The notes: generated from the letters alone by a model not told the origin. Positions 33,020 to 42,587 are shown, counted from the stretch's first letter. The stretch is DNA of 64,000 bases from Patescibacteria group bacterium (GCA_028865305.1 JAGWKM010000002.1:3236-67235); one strand, 5' to 3'. Numbers and translations: made by a program.

Positions 33020-33661
33020 ATGACTATTTCCAAAATTGCGCATTGCTGCTTATTGGTCAAAATCGGCAATTTGACGATCCTTACCGATCCGGGAAATTAT
33101 TCCGCGGCGCAAAATTCCCTGACCGGCATCGACGCGATCCTCGTCACCCACGAGCACGCGGACCATCTGCACGCCGATTCCGTAAAAGAAATCCTGAGAA
33201 ATAATCCGGCGGCGCAAGTGATCACGAACTCCGGCGTCGGAAAGCAGCTTGGCTTGGCTGGCATTCCTTTTTCGCTGTTTGAAGGGCGCGCGACGGGAAC
33301 CGTCAAAACCGTTTCCCTTGAAGCTTTTGACTGCAGGCACGAAGAAATCTACAAATAGATCGGGCAGGTGCAAAATACCGCTTATCTTGTCGGCGGCAGA
33401 CTGCTCATCCCCGGCGATTCTTTCTTTGATCCCGGCAAGCCGGTGGAAGTGCTCGCAACGCCGGTTGCCGGACCGTGGTGCAAAATAGGCGACGCAATCC
33501 GCTATGCCATCAAATTGAAACCCCGCAAAGCATTTCCCATCCATGACGGCATGCTCAAAAAAGGATCAACAGGGTTCATTGAAAAAATAATCGGAACGGT
33601 TTTAAAGGAAAGCAATATCGATTTTATCGCGATGGGAGAAGGGATCACGGCTGAATTTTAA
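33020..33661 (+). pseudogene. MBL-fold metallo-hydrolase interrupted by an in-frame TAG (33356-33358)
   Basis: ORFs 33002..33358 and 33368..33661 are in the same frame. HEHADH metal motif upstream, and the family continues downstream (NTAYLV...IPGDS...HDGM). Confidence 0.6.
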
Positions 33662-33706
33662 TGAGCGAGTGACAAAAAGAAAATCTTCCAGTATCCTGAT
33701 TCGGTT

Positions 33707-34699
33707 ATGGAAACGGGGTTCTGGAAAAAGCTGCCGCGGCCGATTCTCGCGATGGCGCCGATGGCGAATGTCACGGACGCGGCTTTTCGGCGCCAATTCG
33801 CGGAGTGCTCCGGAGCGGCGCTTGGGAAATTTGTCTTTTGGACCGAATTTGTTTCGGTGGAAGGATTGCTATCCAAGGGACGCGGGCAATTGATGGCCGA
33901 CCTCCGGTTTGGTGGGGACGAGCACCCGATCGTGGCGCAGATTTTCGGCTCAAAACCGGAACAGTTCGAAAAAGTCGCGGCGGAGCTCGCCGGAATGGGT
34001 TTTGACGGCATCGATATCAATATGGGCTGCCCGGATGCCGGCGTCGAAAAATCAGGCGCCGGCGCGGCGCTCATCAAAAACCCGAAGCTCGCGAAAGAAA
34101 TTATCCGCGCGGCGAAAAGCGGAGCCGGCAAATTGCCGGTTTCCGTAAAAACACGGCTCGGCTATGCAAAGCCGGAAATCGAAACCTGGATTCCGGCGCT
34201 GCTCGAAGAAAAGCTGGCGGCGCTCATAATCCACCTCCGGACGCGGAAAGAAATGTCCGACGCGCCGGCGCATTGGGAATTAATGCCGCGCATCGTCGAA
34301 TTGCGCAACCGCATTTCACCGGAAACCTTGATCCTCGGCAATGGCGACGTGAACTCGCCCGAGGAGGCGCGCTCCCGAATCAGCGAAGCCGGCGCGGATG
34401 GCATGATGGTCGGCCGCGGGCTCTTTGGCAATCCCTGGTTCTTCAGCGGAACGACGCCGACGGTCCGGGAAAAATTAAAGCGGATGGTCGCACACACGGA
34501 ACTCTTTGAAAAGATGTTCAAAAGCAATAAAACCAAAACAGAAGGAAAATTGAAGAATTTTGAAGTCATGAAAAAGCATTTCAAGGCATACTGCACGGGA
34601 TTCGACGGAGCAAAGGAGCTGCGGATAAGGTTAATGGAGACGGAACACGCGGAAGAGGCCAGGAAGATAGCGGAAGAATTTATTGGTACACTTAGATAG
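33707..34699 (+). CDS. dus: tRNA-dihydrouridine synthase
   Basis: LAPMANVTDAAFR, DINMGCP, VSVKTRLG and MVGRGLFGNPWFF motifs. Confidence 0.93.
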   Translation: METGFWKKLPRPILAMAPMANVTDAAFRRQFAECSGAALGKFVFWTEFVSVEGLLSKGRGQLMADLRFGGDEHPIVAQIFGSKPEQFEKVAAELAGMGFDGIDINMGCPDAGVEKSGAGAALIKNPKLAKEIIRAAKSGAGKLPVSVKTRLGYAKPEIETWIPALLEEKLAALIIHLRTRKEMSDAPAHWELMPRIVELRNRISPETLILGNGDVNSPEEARSRISEAGADGMMVGRGLFGNPWFFSGTTPTVREKLKRMVAHTELFEKMFKSNKTKTEGKLKNFEVMKKHFKAYCTGFDGAKELRIRLMETEHAEEARKIAEEFIGTLR

Positions 34700-34733
34700 T
34701 ATTTGAATTTTTGACATTTAATTAAAAATTTCC

Positions 34734-34830
34734 AATTAATAATTAATAACGAATGCTGAAATGTTAAATTTCCAACGGAAACTCGGCATTGTGTGTTTGT
34801 TATTAATTCGGCATTATTAACTGGTCATTT
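34734..34830. repeat. AT-rich palindromic element, copy 1 (heptad-phased AATTAAT AATTAAT AACGAAT ...)
   Basis: Shares AATTAATAATTAATAACGAAT...AAATGTTAA...TTATTAATT.GGC..TATTAACT.GTC.TTT with 35677-35757. Inverted arms AATAACGAAT/ATT.GTTATT. Confidence 0.8.
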
Positions 34831-34860
34831 CTTGACCTTGGACCTCGAGCTGGGCCCTGG

Positions 34861-35655
34861 ATGATAAAACATTTTATGAAACCAAATCGAGACAAAAAAG
34901 AAAAAATCTACATTTACGGCAAACACGCGCTTGCCGAAGCTCTGGAACACGCGGCGCGCGCGGTTCGGAAGGTTTTCCTGGCTCCGGAGGCAAGCCGCGA
35001 CGAGGAATTGCGCGCACTGCTTTCGAAGCGCCATGTTACCGCTGAATCATTGAAAAACCGCGGCGCGGACCGGATGGTAGGCGTTGAAACAGCGCACCAG
35101 GGCGTGATTGCGATCGTTGATCCGGCGGCGATTACCGTTGATTTCCGTGATTTTGCGGAGCAGGCGGCGTCCGACGTCCGGCATCCGACGGAAGGGCACC
35201 GGACGCCGATGCTCGTCTTATTGGATGAGCTCACCGATCCGCATAACGTCGGCGCCATCATCCGCTCGGCAGCAGCTTTCGGCGCCGCGGGAGTGCTTAT
35301 CCCCTCGCACAACCAGGCCCCCATAACGGGTGCCGTCGTCAAATCATCGGCCGGTATGGTTTTCCGCATTCCGATCGTCCAACTCGGCAACGTGAACCAA
35401 GCCATAGATCAGCTGAAAGAGATCGGGTTCAAAACCTACGGACTTGCGATGCGCGGCTCCATTCCGCTTGCCGATGAACCGTTTGACACCCCGGCTCTCA
35501 TCATCGTCGGCAACGAGGGCAAGGGCATCCGGCAGAAAACCATCGAGCGCTGCGATGTTACGCTTCGCATCCCGATGGATCCCCGCGCGGAATCGTTGAA
35601 TGCGTCCGTTTCGGCAGCGATTGTGTTATATCAGTGGAGTTTGAGGCATTTATAG
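34861..35655 (+). CDS. rlmB: SpoU/TrmH-family rRNA 2'-O-methyltransferase (RlmB-like)
   Basis: LDELTDPHNVGAIIRSAAAFGA, GNEGKGIR and ESLNASVSAAIVLY motifs. Confidence 0.9.
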   Translation: MIKHFMKPNRDKKEKIYIYGKHALAEALEHAARAVRKVFLAPEASRDEELRALLSKRHVTAESLKNRGADRMVGVETAHQGVIAIVDPAAITVDFRDFAEQAASDVRHPTEGHRTPMLVLLDELTDPHNVGAIIRSAAAFGAAGVLIPSHNQAPITGAVVKSSAGMVFRIPIVQLGNVNQAIDQLKEIGFKTYGLAMRGSIPLADEPFDTPALIIVGNEGKGIRQKTIERCDVTLRIPMDPRAESLNASVSAAIVLYQWSLRHL

Positions 35656-35676
35656 TTGTTTGAATCTCTAATATCT

Positions 35677-35757
35677 AATTAATAATTAATAACGAATATC
35701 CAAATGTTAATGTCCAAAGCATTCGTTATTAATTAGGCGCTATTAACTAGTCGTTTT
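35677..35757. repeat. AT-rich palindromic element, copy 2
   Basis: See copy 1. AATTAATAATTAATAACGAAT-(22 nt)-ATTCGTTATTAATT forms a near-perfect hairpin. Confidence 0.8.
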
Positions 35758-35808
35758 CAAAACTCTGGATTCCTGGCTGAACCCGCGACGACAAAAAAAT
35801 AATGAACC

Positions 35809-36684
35809 ATGAATAATCTCAACCTCATCTCCCAACCCTGGCCCGATTATGAATTGCTTGATTCCGGCGATAACCGGAAGCTTGAACGTTTCGGGAAGTT
35901 CACTATCGTGCGGCCGGAAGCGCAGGCGCTTTGGAATCCCTCGCGGCCGGAATTATGGAAGCAAGCGGTGGCGGAATTCAAATGGAGCGAAGGCAAGGGG
36001 AAATGGCACAAGAAAAAAGAAATTCCGGACGGGTGGCGGATGAGCTGGGACGATTTGGCCTTTGCCGTCCGGCTGACTTCGTTCAAACATACGGGAATTT
36101 TTCCGGAGCAAGCCGAAAACTGGCGGTGGATACAAAAAATGGCCGATGACTCATGGCCGATCGCCAATCCCAAAATCCTCAACCTCTTTGGCTACACCGG
36201 AGTTGCGAGCATTGTCGCGGCGAAGACCGGAGCGAATGTCGTCCATGTGGATGCTTCAAGGCAAAGCAACGCATGGGCAAAAGAAAACGCGGAGCTGTCG
36301 GGGATCGCTGCCGGCAGCATCAAATTCTTGCTTGAAGATGCTTTGAAATTCGCCGAGCGCGAGGCGCGGCGCGGTTCAAAATACGGCGGCATCATCCTTG
36401 ATCCGCCGGCATTCGGCCGCGGACCAAAGGGCGAAGTATGGCGCATTGAAGAGCATTTGCCGCAGCTTTTGGCGGCTTTATCAAAATTATTGGACCGAAA
36501 ATCCGGATCATTTTTCCTTCTGAACGGCTACGCCGCGGGATATTCTCCGCAATCGTACCTGCAAGCCGCCGAAAGCCGCTTCGACCCGAAAAACACCAAG
36601 GGCGAATTTGGCGAGCTCGCCATCCGGGAATCCTCCGGCCGCATCCTGCCGCAAGGCATTTACGTCCGATTCTGCTATACTTAA
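35809..36684 (+). CDS. class I SAM-dependent (rRNA) methyltransferase, PF10672-like
   Basis: YELLDSGDNRKLERFG N-terminus, LNLFGYTGVASIVAA SAM-binding loop, ILDPPAFGRG. Confidence 0.8.
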   Translation: MNNLNLISQPWPDYELLDSGDNRKLERFGKFTIVRPEAQALWNPSRPELWKQAVAEFKWSEGKGKWHKKKEIPDGWRMSWDDLAFAVRLTSFKHTGIFPEQAENWRWIQKMADDSWPIANPKILNLFGYTGVASIVAAKTGANVVHVDASRQSNAWAKENAELSGIAAGSIKFLLEDALKFAEREARRGSKYGGIILDPPAFGRGPKGEVWRIEEHLPQLLAALSKLLDRKSGSFFLLNGYAAGYSPQSYLQAAESRFDPKNTKGEFGELAIRESSGRILPQGIYVRFCYT

Positions 36685-36773
36685 GGCATCTTGCAGTGCC
36701 ACAGAAGCATTCGCCACCGCACCGCTTCGTGGACGGGCTCCCGGCAAACCGAGGGGCAGGGTGAGGAGGCGGC

Positions 36774-36807
36774 CCGGGCACACGATTTTTCGTGTACCCG
36801 GTTTTTA
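36774..36807 (+). terminator. rho-independent terminator
   Basis: CCGGGCACACG-attttt-CGTGTACCCGG (one mismatch) followed by TTTTT. Confidence 0.7.
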
Positions 36808-36889
36808 TAAAAATGCATAAAGCGGAACCCGCGACTTCCGCGTCCCTCGCTCAAAAAATTCTCCCAAGAGCTGCCGGCCTATTTTCGAG

Positions 36890-38182
36890 ATGAATTCCAA
36901 GATCCAAAACTTCGACCAACTTGCGATAACCCCCGAACGGAAGGCGCTTTTGACCATTGCGGAAGCGGGGCTTCAGGCAATTGATACGAAGGAGGCCATC
37001 CGGAAACTCGTGGAAATTCGCGGGAGTGTTTTGAAATTGGGCGACCAACAGGTTGATCTGGACTCAGTCGAAAAATTAATTTTCATCGGCGTCGGCAAAT
37101 GCGCGGCCGATGCGGGAACCGCGATCGGAAACATCCTGGGCAACCGGATTACCCGCGGCGTCCTGGTGGATGTGAAAAAATGCGAGGAGATCCCCTCTAT
37201 CCAAACGTTTTGCGGCACTCATCCCCTTCCTTCCGACGAAAATCTCAAGGCGACGGAAGCGATCATCGGCTGCCTCCAGGGACTCACGGAACGCGACCTT
37301 GTTATTTTTGCCATTTCGGGCGGCGGTTCCACGCTCCTTTTCCTGCCGGAAGACAAATCCAACCGCGAAGAAATTTCCGTTTTCAACGCGCTCACGAATG
37401 CCGGCGCGACCATAGGAGAATTGAATATCGTCCGGAAACATTTATCGCTTGCCCGCGGCGGACATCTCGCAAAAGCCGCCTATCCCGCGCGCCTTATCTC
37501 GCTCATCTTTTCCGATGTTCCCGGCAACGATCTGACATCCATTTCCTCGGGACCGACCGTCCGCGACGGGACGACGGTCGAGGACGCGGAAAGGATTCTC
37601 GCGAAGTACAACGTGCTCCAAACCTGCAACATTGAACGGTGCGGATTGGTCGAAACGCCCAAAGAAGAAAAATATTTCGCAAACGCGGCGGTTGTTATGG
37701 CGGCATCGAACGTTGGCGCGCTCGAAGCGATGAAAAGGTCCGCCGAAACGATGGGGTTCCGGGCCGAAATCAGGGATGCCAAACTCACCGGGGATGCAAC
37801 GCTCGTTGCCGAGATGGTAGCAGGCGCTATCCATGCCGCGCCGCCGGGATCGGTGCTCCTTTGGGGCGGCGAAACAACGGTGACGGTAAGAATCCCCGGC
37901 AGCGGAGGGCGGAACCTGACGGTCAGCGCAACCGCGCTTGATTCCGTGCGCGAGGGCGAAGCGATCCTTTCGCTTGCCTCCGATGGACGCGACCACGGGC
38001 CGTACGCCGGGGCAATTTGCGATATGATTACTAAGGACGGGATGGCAAAGGCCGGCATTGATTGGCAAAAATACCTGGATGGAAACAATACCTATCCGCT
38101 TTTTGAAAAAGCCGGAAATTATCTCATGACAGGCGACACGGGCTCGAACGTGTCGGATCTCATAATTGCGCTCAAAAAGTAG
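36890..38182 (+). CDS. glycerate 2-kinase (DUF4147 + MOFRL)
   Basis: IGVGKCAADAG, FAISGGGSTLL, RKHLSLARGG, FSDVPGNDL and GGETTVTV motifs. Confidence 0.88.
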   Translation: MNSKIQNFDQLAITPERKALLTIAEAGLQAIDTKEAIRKLVEIRGSVLKLGDQQVDLDSVEKLIFIGVGKCAADAGTAIGNILGNRITRGVLVDVKKCEEIPSIQTFCGTHPLPSDENLKATEAIIGCLQGLTERDLVIFAISGGGSTLLFLPEDKSNREEISVFNALTNAGATIGELNIVRKHLSLARGGHLAKAAYPARLISLIFSDVPGNDLTSISSGPTVRDGTTVEDAERILAKYNVLQTCNIERCGLVETPKEEKYFANAAVVMAASNVGALEAMKRSAETMGFRAEIRDAKLTGDATLVAEMVAGAIHAAPPGSVLLWGGETTVTVRIPGSGGRNLTVSATALDSVREGEAILSLASDGRDHGPYAGAICDMITKDGMAKAGIDWQKYLDGNNTYPLFEKAGNYLMTGDTGSNVSDLIIALKK

Positions 38183-38244
38183 AATGCAGAAGGCAGAAAG
38201 GATATCGCATTCCACCTTCTTCATTCTACTTTCTACTACTAACC
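38183..38244. repeat. inverted heptad arrays filling the glycerate kinase-ppsA spacer
   Basis: gaatgca gaaggca gaaagga tatcgca | ttccacc ttcttca ttctact ttctact. GAATGCAGAAGG pairs with CCTTCTTCATTC. Confidence 0.75.
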
Positions 38245-40725
38245 ATGAAACCAAAATCACAACAATTTACATTGAAATTCGAGGAGGTTGGCATTAAGGA
38301 TGTGGGGCTCGTCGGCGGGAAGAACGCTTCGCTTGGGGAAATGATACGAACGTTAAAATCAAAAGGCGTGCCGGTGCCTTCCGGGTTTGTTGTCACGGCA
38401 GCGGCATACTTCCATTTTTTAAGGGAAACCGGTCTTGATACATTCATTAAAAAAACATTAAAAGACCTGGATACCAAAAATCTGAAAGAGCTCCATCGCT
38501 GCGGCTCGGCCATTCGGAACGCGATGATGCGGACGGATTTCCCGAAAGATCTCGAGGCGGAGATCGTACAATCCTACCGGACGCTTGAAAAGCGATACGG
38601 CAAAAGCGCCGATGTCGCCGTACGCTCCTCGGCGACCGCAGAAGACCTCCCGGGCGCAAGCTTTGCGGGAGAACAGGAAAGCTATCTCGGCATCCGCGGC
38701 CCGGAAGAGGTTCTGAAGGCCGTCCGCGCAACGATGGCCTCGCTCTTCACCGACCGCGCCATCTCCTACCGCGCCGACCGCGGCTTTGACCACTTCAAAA
38801 TCGCGCTCTCGGCCGGCGTGCAAAAAATGGTCCGCTCGGACCGCGCCTGCTCCGGCGTCATGTTCACCCTCGACACCGAATCCGGCTTCCCGCACGTCGT
38901 TTTGATCAACGGTTCGTGGGGCCTGGGCGAGATGATCGTGAAAGGCGAGGTTACTCCGGATGAATTTTTGGTTTGGAAAAAACCGTTTTCTAATTTAACG
39001 AAATTAGAAAATGCGCATTTGCCGATTATCGACAAGAAGCTGGGCGTTAAACTGCGCAAGATGGTTTACCATCACGGCTCGGCCATTGAACAGACAAAAA
39101 TCGTGCCGACAACCGAAGCCGAACGGACTACGTTCGTCCTCACCGACAAAGAAGTGCAACAGCTCGCGCGCTGGGGAACCATCATCGAAAAGCATTACAC
39201 CGACCATTATAAAAAGTGGACGCCGATGGACATGGAATGGGCAAAGGACGGCGTGAGCGGCGAACTGTTCATCGTACAGGCCCGACCGGAAACGATCCAT
39301 GCCGGACGCGATTTTTCCAAAATCAAGGAATACCAGCTGCTCGATGCCGGCGGCCGGGAGCCCGCCCTTGCGGGCGCCGCGGTGGGATCCAAGATCGCCA
39401 ACGGCAAGGCGCATATCATCCTGGACGCGAAGCATATCGGCGATTTCAAGAAGGGCGAAATACTCGTGACCACCATGACCGATCCCGACTGGGAACCGAT
39501 CATGAAAATCGCTTCGGCCATCGTGACCGATAAAGGCGGCCGCACGAGCCATGCTGCCATCGTAAGCCGCGAGCTCGGCATCCCGGCGGTTGTCGGCACG
39601 GAGAAAGCGACGAAAGAGCTGGGGACCGGCGATCCGATTACCGTCGACACAACAGGGAGCGCCGGGAAGGTCTACCGCGGACTGCTGAAATTCAAAATCG
39701 TCGAACACGACCTGAAAAAGATCCCGCATCCGAAGACGAAAGTGATGGTGAATGTCGCCATTCCGGACAGTGCATTTGAAACTTCCTTCCTGCCGACGGC
39801 GGGCGTGGGCCTTGCGCGCGAGGAATTCATCATTGCCTCGAAAATGGGACTGCATCCGATGGCGCTTTTGGACATGGAGAAAGGAGAAAGGAGAAAGGAG
39901 AAAGGGTTCGCCCAGATCAGCGAAGCGATAAAAAAGAAGATGATGGGCTGGCATGACCCGAAACAATATTACATCGACAATCTGGCGTTTGGCATCGCGA
40001 AGATCGGCGCGGCTTTTTATCCCAACCGCGTCATCGTCCGCTTCTCCGATTTCAAATCGAACGAATACCGAACCCTGCTCGGCGGCGACCCGCACGAACC
40101 GAAGGAAGAGAATCCGATGATCGGCTGGCGCGGCGCTTCGCGGTATTATGACCCGAAGTTCAAGCCAGCGTTCATGCTTGAGGTGGCGGCGATCAAAAAA
40201 GTGCGTGAGGAAATCGGGCTTCAAAACGTGATCCCCATGGTGCCGTTCTGCCGGACTACGGAAGAAGGCATGAAGGTGCAGGAGGCAATGGCCGAAGCGG
40301 GAGTATATACCAATTTCACGGGGAAAAAAGGAAAGGAAATCACGCCGATTTACGTGATGTGCGAAATCCCTTCTAATGTCTTACTGGCAGACGAATTCCT
40401 CGACATTTTTGACGGCATGTCGATCGGCTCAAACGACCTCACGCAGCTTACGCTCGGCCTGGACCGTGACTCAGGCATCGTAAGCCGTGTTGCAAACGAG
40501 AATAATGAGGCAGTCAAAAAATTGGTCGGCGACGTTATCGCGAAATGCCGCGCCCGGAAAAAATACATCGGCATCTGCGGCCAGGCGCCGTCGGATTATC
40601 CCGATTTCGCCACTTTCCTTGTTGAAAAGGGCATCGAAAGCATCTCGCTGAATCCGGATACCGTCGTCCGGACGACGGTGGCAATTGCAAAAAAGGAACT
40701 GGAATTGAAACGGCGGAAAAAGTGA
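38245..40725 (+). CDS. ppsA: phosphoenolpyruvate synthase
   Basis: 826 aa. ATP-grasp N-terminus (VGGKNASLGEM), phosphohistidine swivel GGRTSHAAIVSRELGIPAVVG, and a PEP-utilising C-terminal TIM domain. Confidence 0.95.
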   Translation: MKPKSQQFTLKFEEVGIKDVGLVGGKNASLGEMIRTLKSKGVPVPSGFVVTAAAYFHFLRETGLDTFIKKTLKDLDTKNLKELHRCGSAIRNAMMRTDFPKDLEAEIVQSYRTLEKRYGKSADVAVRSSATAEDLPGASFAGEQESYLGIRGPEEVLKAVRATMASLFTDRAISYRADRGFDHFKIALSAGVQKMVRSDRACSGVMFTLDTESGFPHVVLINGSWGLGEMIVKGEVTPDEFLVWKKPFSNLTKLENAHLPIIDKKLGVKLRKMVYHHGSAIEQTKIVPTTEAERTTFVLTDKEVQQLARWGTIIEKHYTDHYKKWTPMDMEWAKDGVSGELFIVQARPETIHAGRDFSKIKEYQLLDAGGREPALAGAAVGSKIANGKAHIILDAKHIGDFKKGEILVTTMTDPDWEPIMKIASAIVTDKGGRTSHAAIVSRELGIPAVVGTEKATKELGTGDPITVDTTGSAGKVYRGLLKFKIVEHDLKKIPHPKTKVMVNVAIPDSAFETSFLPTAGVGLAREEFIIASKMGLHPMALLDMEKGERRKEKGFAQISEAIKKKMMGWHDPKQYYIDNLAFGIAKIGAAFYPNRVIVRFSDFKSNEYRTLLGGDPHEPKEENPMIGWRGASRYYDPKFKPAFMLEVAAIKKVREEIGLQNVIPMVPFCRTTEEGMKVQEAMAEAGVYTNFTGKKGKEITPIYVMCEIPSNVLLADEFLDIFDGMSIGSNDLTQLTLGLDRDSGIVSRVANENNEAVKKLVGDVIAKCRARKKYIGICGQAPSDYPDFATFLVEKGIESISLNPDTVVRTTVAIAKKELELKRRKK
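39876..39903 (+). repeat. perfect (GGAGAAA)x4 inside ppsA
   Basis: Counted four identical units. Encodes EKGERRKEKG between the swivel and C-terminal domains. Confidence 0.9.
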
Positions 40726-40731
40726 CCTATT

Positions 40732-41790
40732 ATGGAGGTTGGCATGCCCACCTCCAACGAAGGACATTCCCCCCGTCGGCAATTCGACATCTTCAGCTCG
40801 GCGCGCCTGAAGATCATCCTCCTCTTCCTCATCATGGGCGCCGCGGTCGTCGCCGTTGCGGAATATTTTTTGTACGGACCGATTCTCACGGTTATCGGTG
40901 GCGTCTTCCGCGCGGTGCAGGCTCTTTTGGCACAGCAGAAGCCCATTACGACGGGCATCGTCCAGATTCTCGTATTACAAGCCATCGGCGGCGAGATACA
41001 AAAGCTGGACTGGAGGATCCTCGTTGCCGCGATTGCCGCCCTTTTCCTTTTGGCATATTTCCTTGCCGGGATCACGCTGGAACCGATCCGCCGCATCCTG
41101 AACCGGCAACGGCGGTTTGCATCGCACGTTTCGCATGAGTTGCGGACGCCGCTATCGGTCATGAAAACCAATTCGGAAGCGGCGTTCCTCGGCGATGCGC
41201 CGCCAAACCGGCCCGAGCTTATCGATATTCTCCAAAGCACGCTCGAAGAAACTGACCGCATGACGGAAGTAATCGAATTCTTCTTCGCTTCTTCCGCCTG
41301 GAATGACCGCCGGCAATTCGAACTTTCACCGATTGACCTTGGAGCCATCGTACGCAAAACCGCAAAATTTATGAAAGTGAAAGCCATCGAACGCGGATTA
41401 AACCTCATCGGCCCGGCGGAGGAAGTTTTTGTTTCCATATCCGGCAACAACGTCCTCCTCGAAGGCATGCTCATCAACCTTTTGAAAAATGCGATTGCCT
41501 ATACTCCGTCCGGCGGCTCGATCCAAATGATCATCACGGTCGGTCGGCAGCACGCCACAGTTTCCGTATCGGATACCGGCATTGGCATCCCTGAAAAAGA
41601 CCTGCCGAACATCTTTAAGGCCTTTTACCGCGGAGAAAATGCCTTCAGCCAACAGACGAAACGCAAAGGCAGCGGCATCGGACTCACTATCGTAAAGGAA
41701 ATAGCCGACCTGCACCATGCAAAAATAGAGGTCACAAGCGAACTCGGCAAAGGAACCGCCATTTCCATCATTTTCCCCCGGATTTCATGA
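40732..41790 (+). CDS. membrane sensor histidine kinase (orphan)
   Basis: Two TM segments, H-box FASHVSHELRTPL, and HATPase_c boxes (LLKNAIAYT, DTGIGI, GSGIGL). Confidence 0.9.
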   Translation: MEVGMPTSNEGHSPRRQFDIFSSARLKIILLFLIMGAAVVAVAEYFLYGPILTVIGGVFRAVQALLAQQKPITTGIVQILVLQAIGGEIQKLDWRILVAAIAALFLLAYFLAGITLEPIRRILNRQRRFASHVSHELRTPLSVMKTNSEAAFLGDAPPNRPELIDILQSTLEETDRMTEVIEFFFASSAWNDRRQFELSPIDLGAIVRKTAKFMKVKAIERGLNLIGPAEEVFVSISGNNVLLEGMLINLLKNAIAYTPSGGSIQMIITVGRQHATVSVSDTGIGIPEKDLPNIFKAFYRGENAFSQQTKRKGSGIGLTIVKEIADLHHAKIEVTSELGKGTAISIIFPRIS

Positions 41791-41906
41791 AATTTGCAAT
41801 TTGAAAGGTTTTTTGCTCCAATGAACTTAGAAATTTAAAAATTCGGTTACCGCACCACGCCGAATTTGGCCCGCCACAATAAACCGAAAGCAAAGAAGGA
41901 GCGTTT

Positions 41907-42548
41907 ATGCCGTTTATTGTCGAAGTCGTAGCGGGACCGTCCGCCGGGAAGACGACATTGATCAGACGACTTGCACCACGGCTGCGACGCAGAGGCCTTC
42001 ATGTGCTCTGTCTCGGCAACCGAAACCGATCGGTGCGCGCCATCCGCGAAGAGATCCGCACCAGAGTAAAGCGTCTCCAGCTCCACAAGGAGTTTGCCGA
42101 AAGCGACGCAACCGCAATCCGGGAGCAATCAATTGGCTTCCGATGGATCCTCCTTGAATTGAACGCCCGAGCCCAGTCGGCGCACCAAGATATCATCCTC
42201 TTGGAACATGGAAAAAATTATACCTACGTGATAGAGGTATGGGGATCCGAGATCGAGGACTATGTCGTGGAAAGCGAGCTGGCCTGCGTTGCCGAGCCGG
42301 ATTTGGTCATCTATATCGAAGCTTCCCCTGAGGAACTGCGCCAGAGGCAATCCACGAAGCTGCTCTGGGACGAGGAAAAGGTGAAACGGATCTGCAGGGG
42401 CCTCGAAGAACAGAGAAGGAGTCTTGGCAAGCACTGGCTCCTTCTGAAGGGCGGCTCGCCCCGGTCGATGGCTGACTTCTGTATCCCGAAAATCCTGGAG
42501 CGGTATTGCGAAAAATGCGCAGGACGGGTCAGAAAGGCAGCAAACTGA
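41907..42548 (+). CDS. P-loop NTPase, deoxynucleoside/nucleotide kinase-like (tentative)
   Basis: Walker A GPSAGKTT at the N-terminus. Size and layout resemble the dNK/thymidylate kinase fold. The function is uncertain. Confidence 0.6.
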   Translation: MPFIVEVVAGPSAGKTTLIRRLAPRLRRRGLHVLCLGNRNRSVRAIREEIRTRVKRLQLHKEFAESDATAIREQSIGFRWILLELNARAQSAHQDIILLEHGKNYTYVIEVWGSEIEDYVVESELACVAEPDLVIYIEASPEELRQRQSTKLLWDEEKVKRICRGLEEQRRSLGKHWLLLKGGSPRSMADFCIPKILERYCEKCAGRVRKAAN

Positions 42549-42556
42549 CTCTTTTT

Positions 42557-42587
42557 ATCTCCCGAACCATTCGGGGGATTTTTTTAT
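42557..42587 (+). terminator. rho-independent terminator
   Basis: ATCTCCCGA-accat-TCGGGGGAT followed by T7. Confidence 0.75.

Noticed and set aside
33356-33358. Genome-wide TAG reassignment
   Set aside because: TAG terminates many well-supported genes at their expected ends in this window, and UGA is confirmed as a stop by the RF2 frameshift site. A local pseudogene, error or readthrough is more parsimonious.
37442-41477. Long antisense ORFs (37442..38260 -, 39004..40224 -, 40596..41477 -, also 48637..49539 - and 58456..58971 +)
   Set aside because: Each lies opposite a gene with unambiguous family motifs (glycerate kinase, ppsA, histidine kinase, tyrS, pilB). Each has Arg/His/Phe-rich shadow composition.
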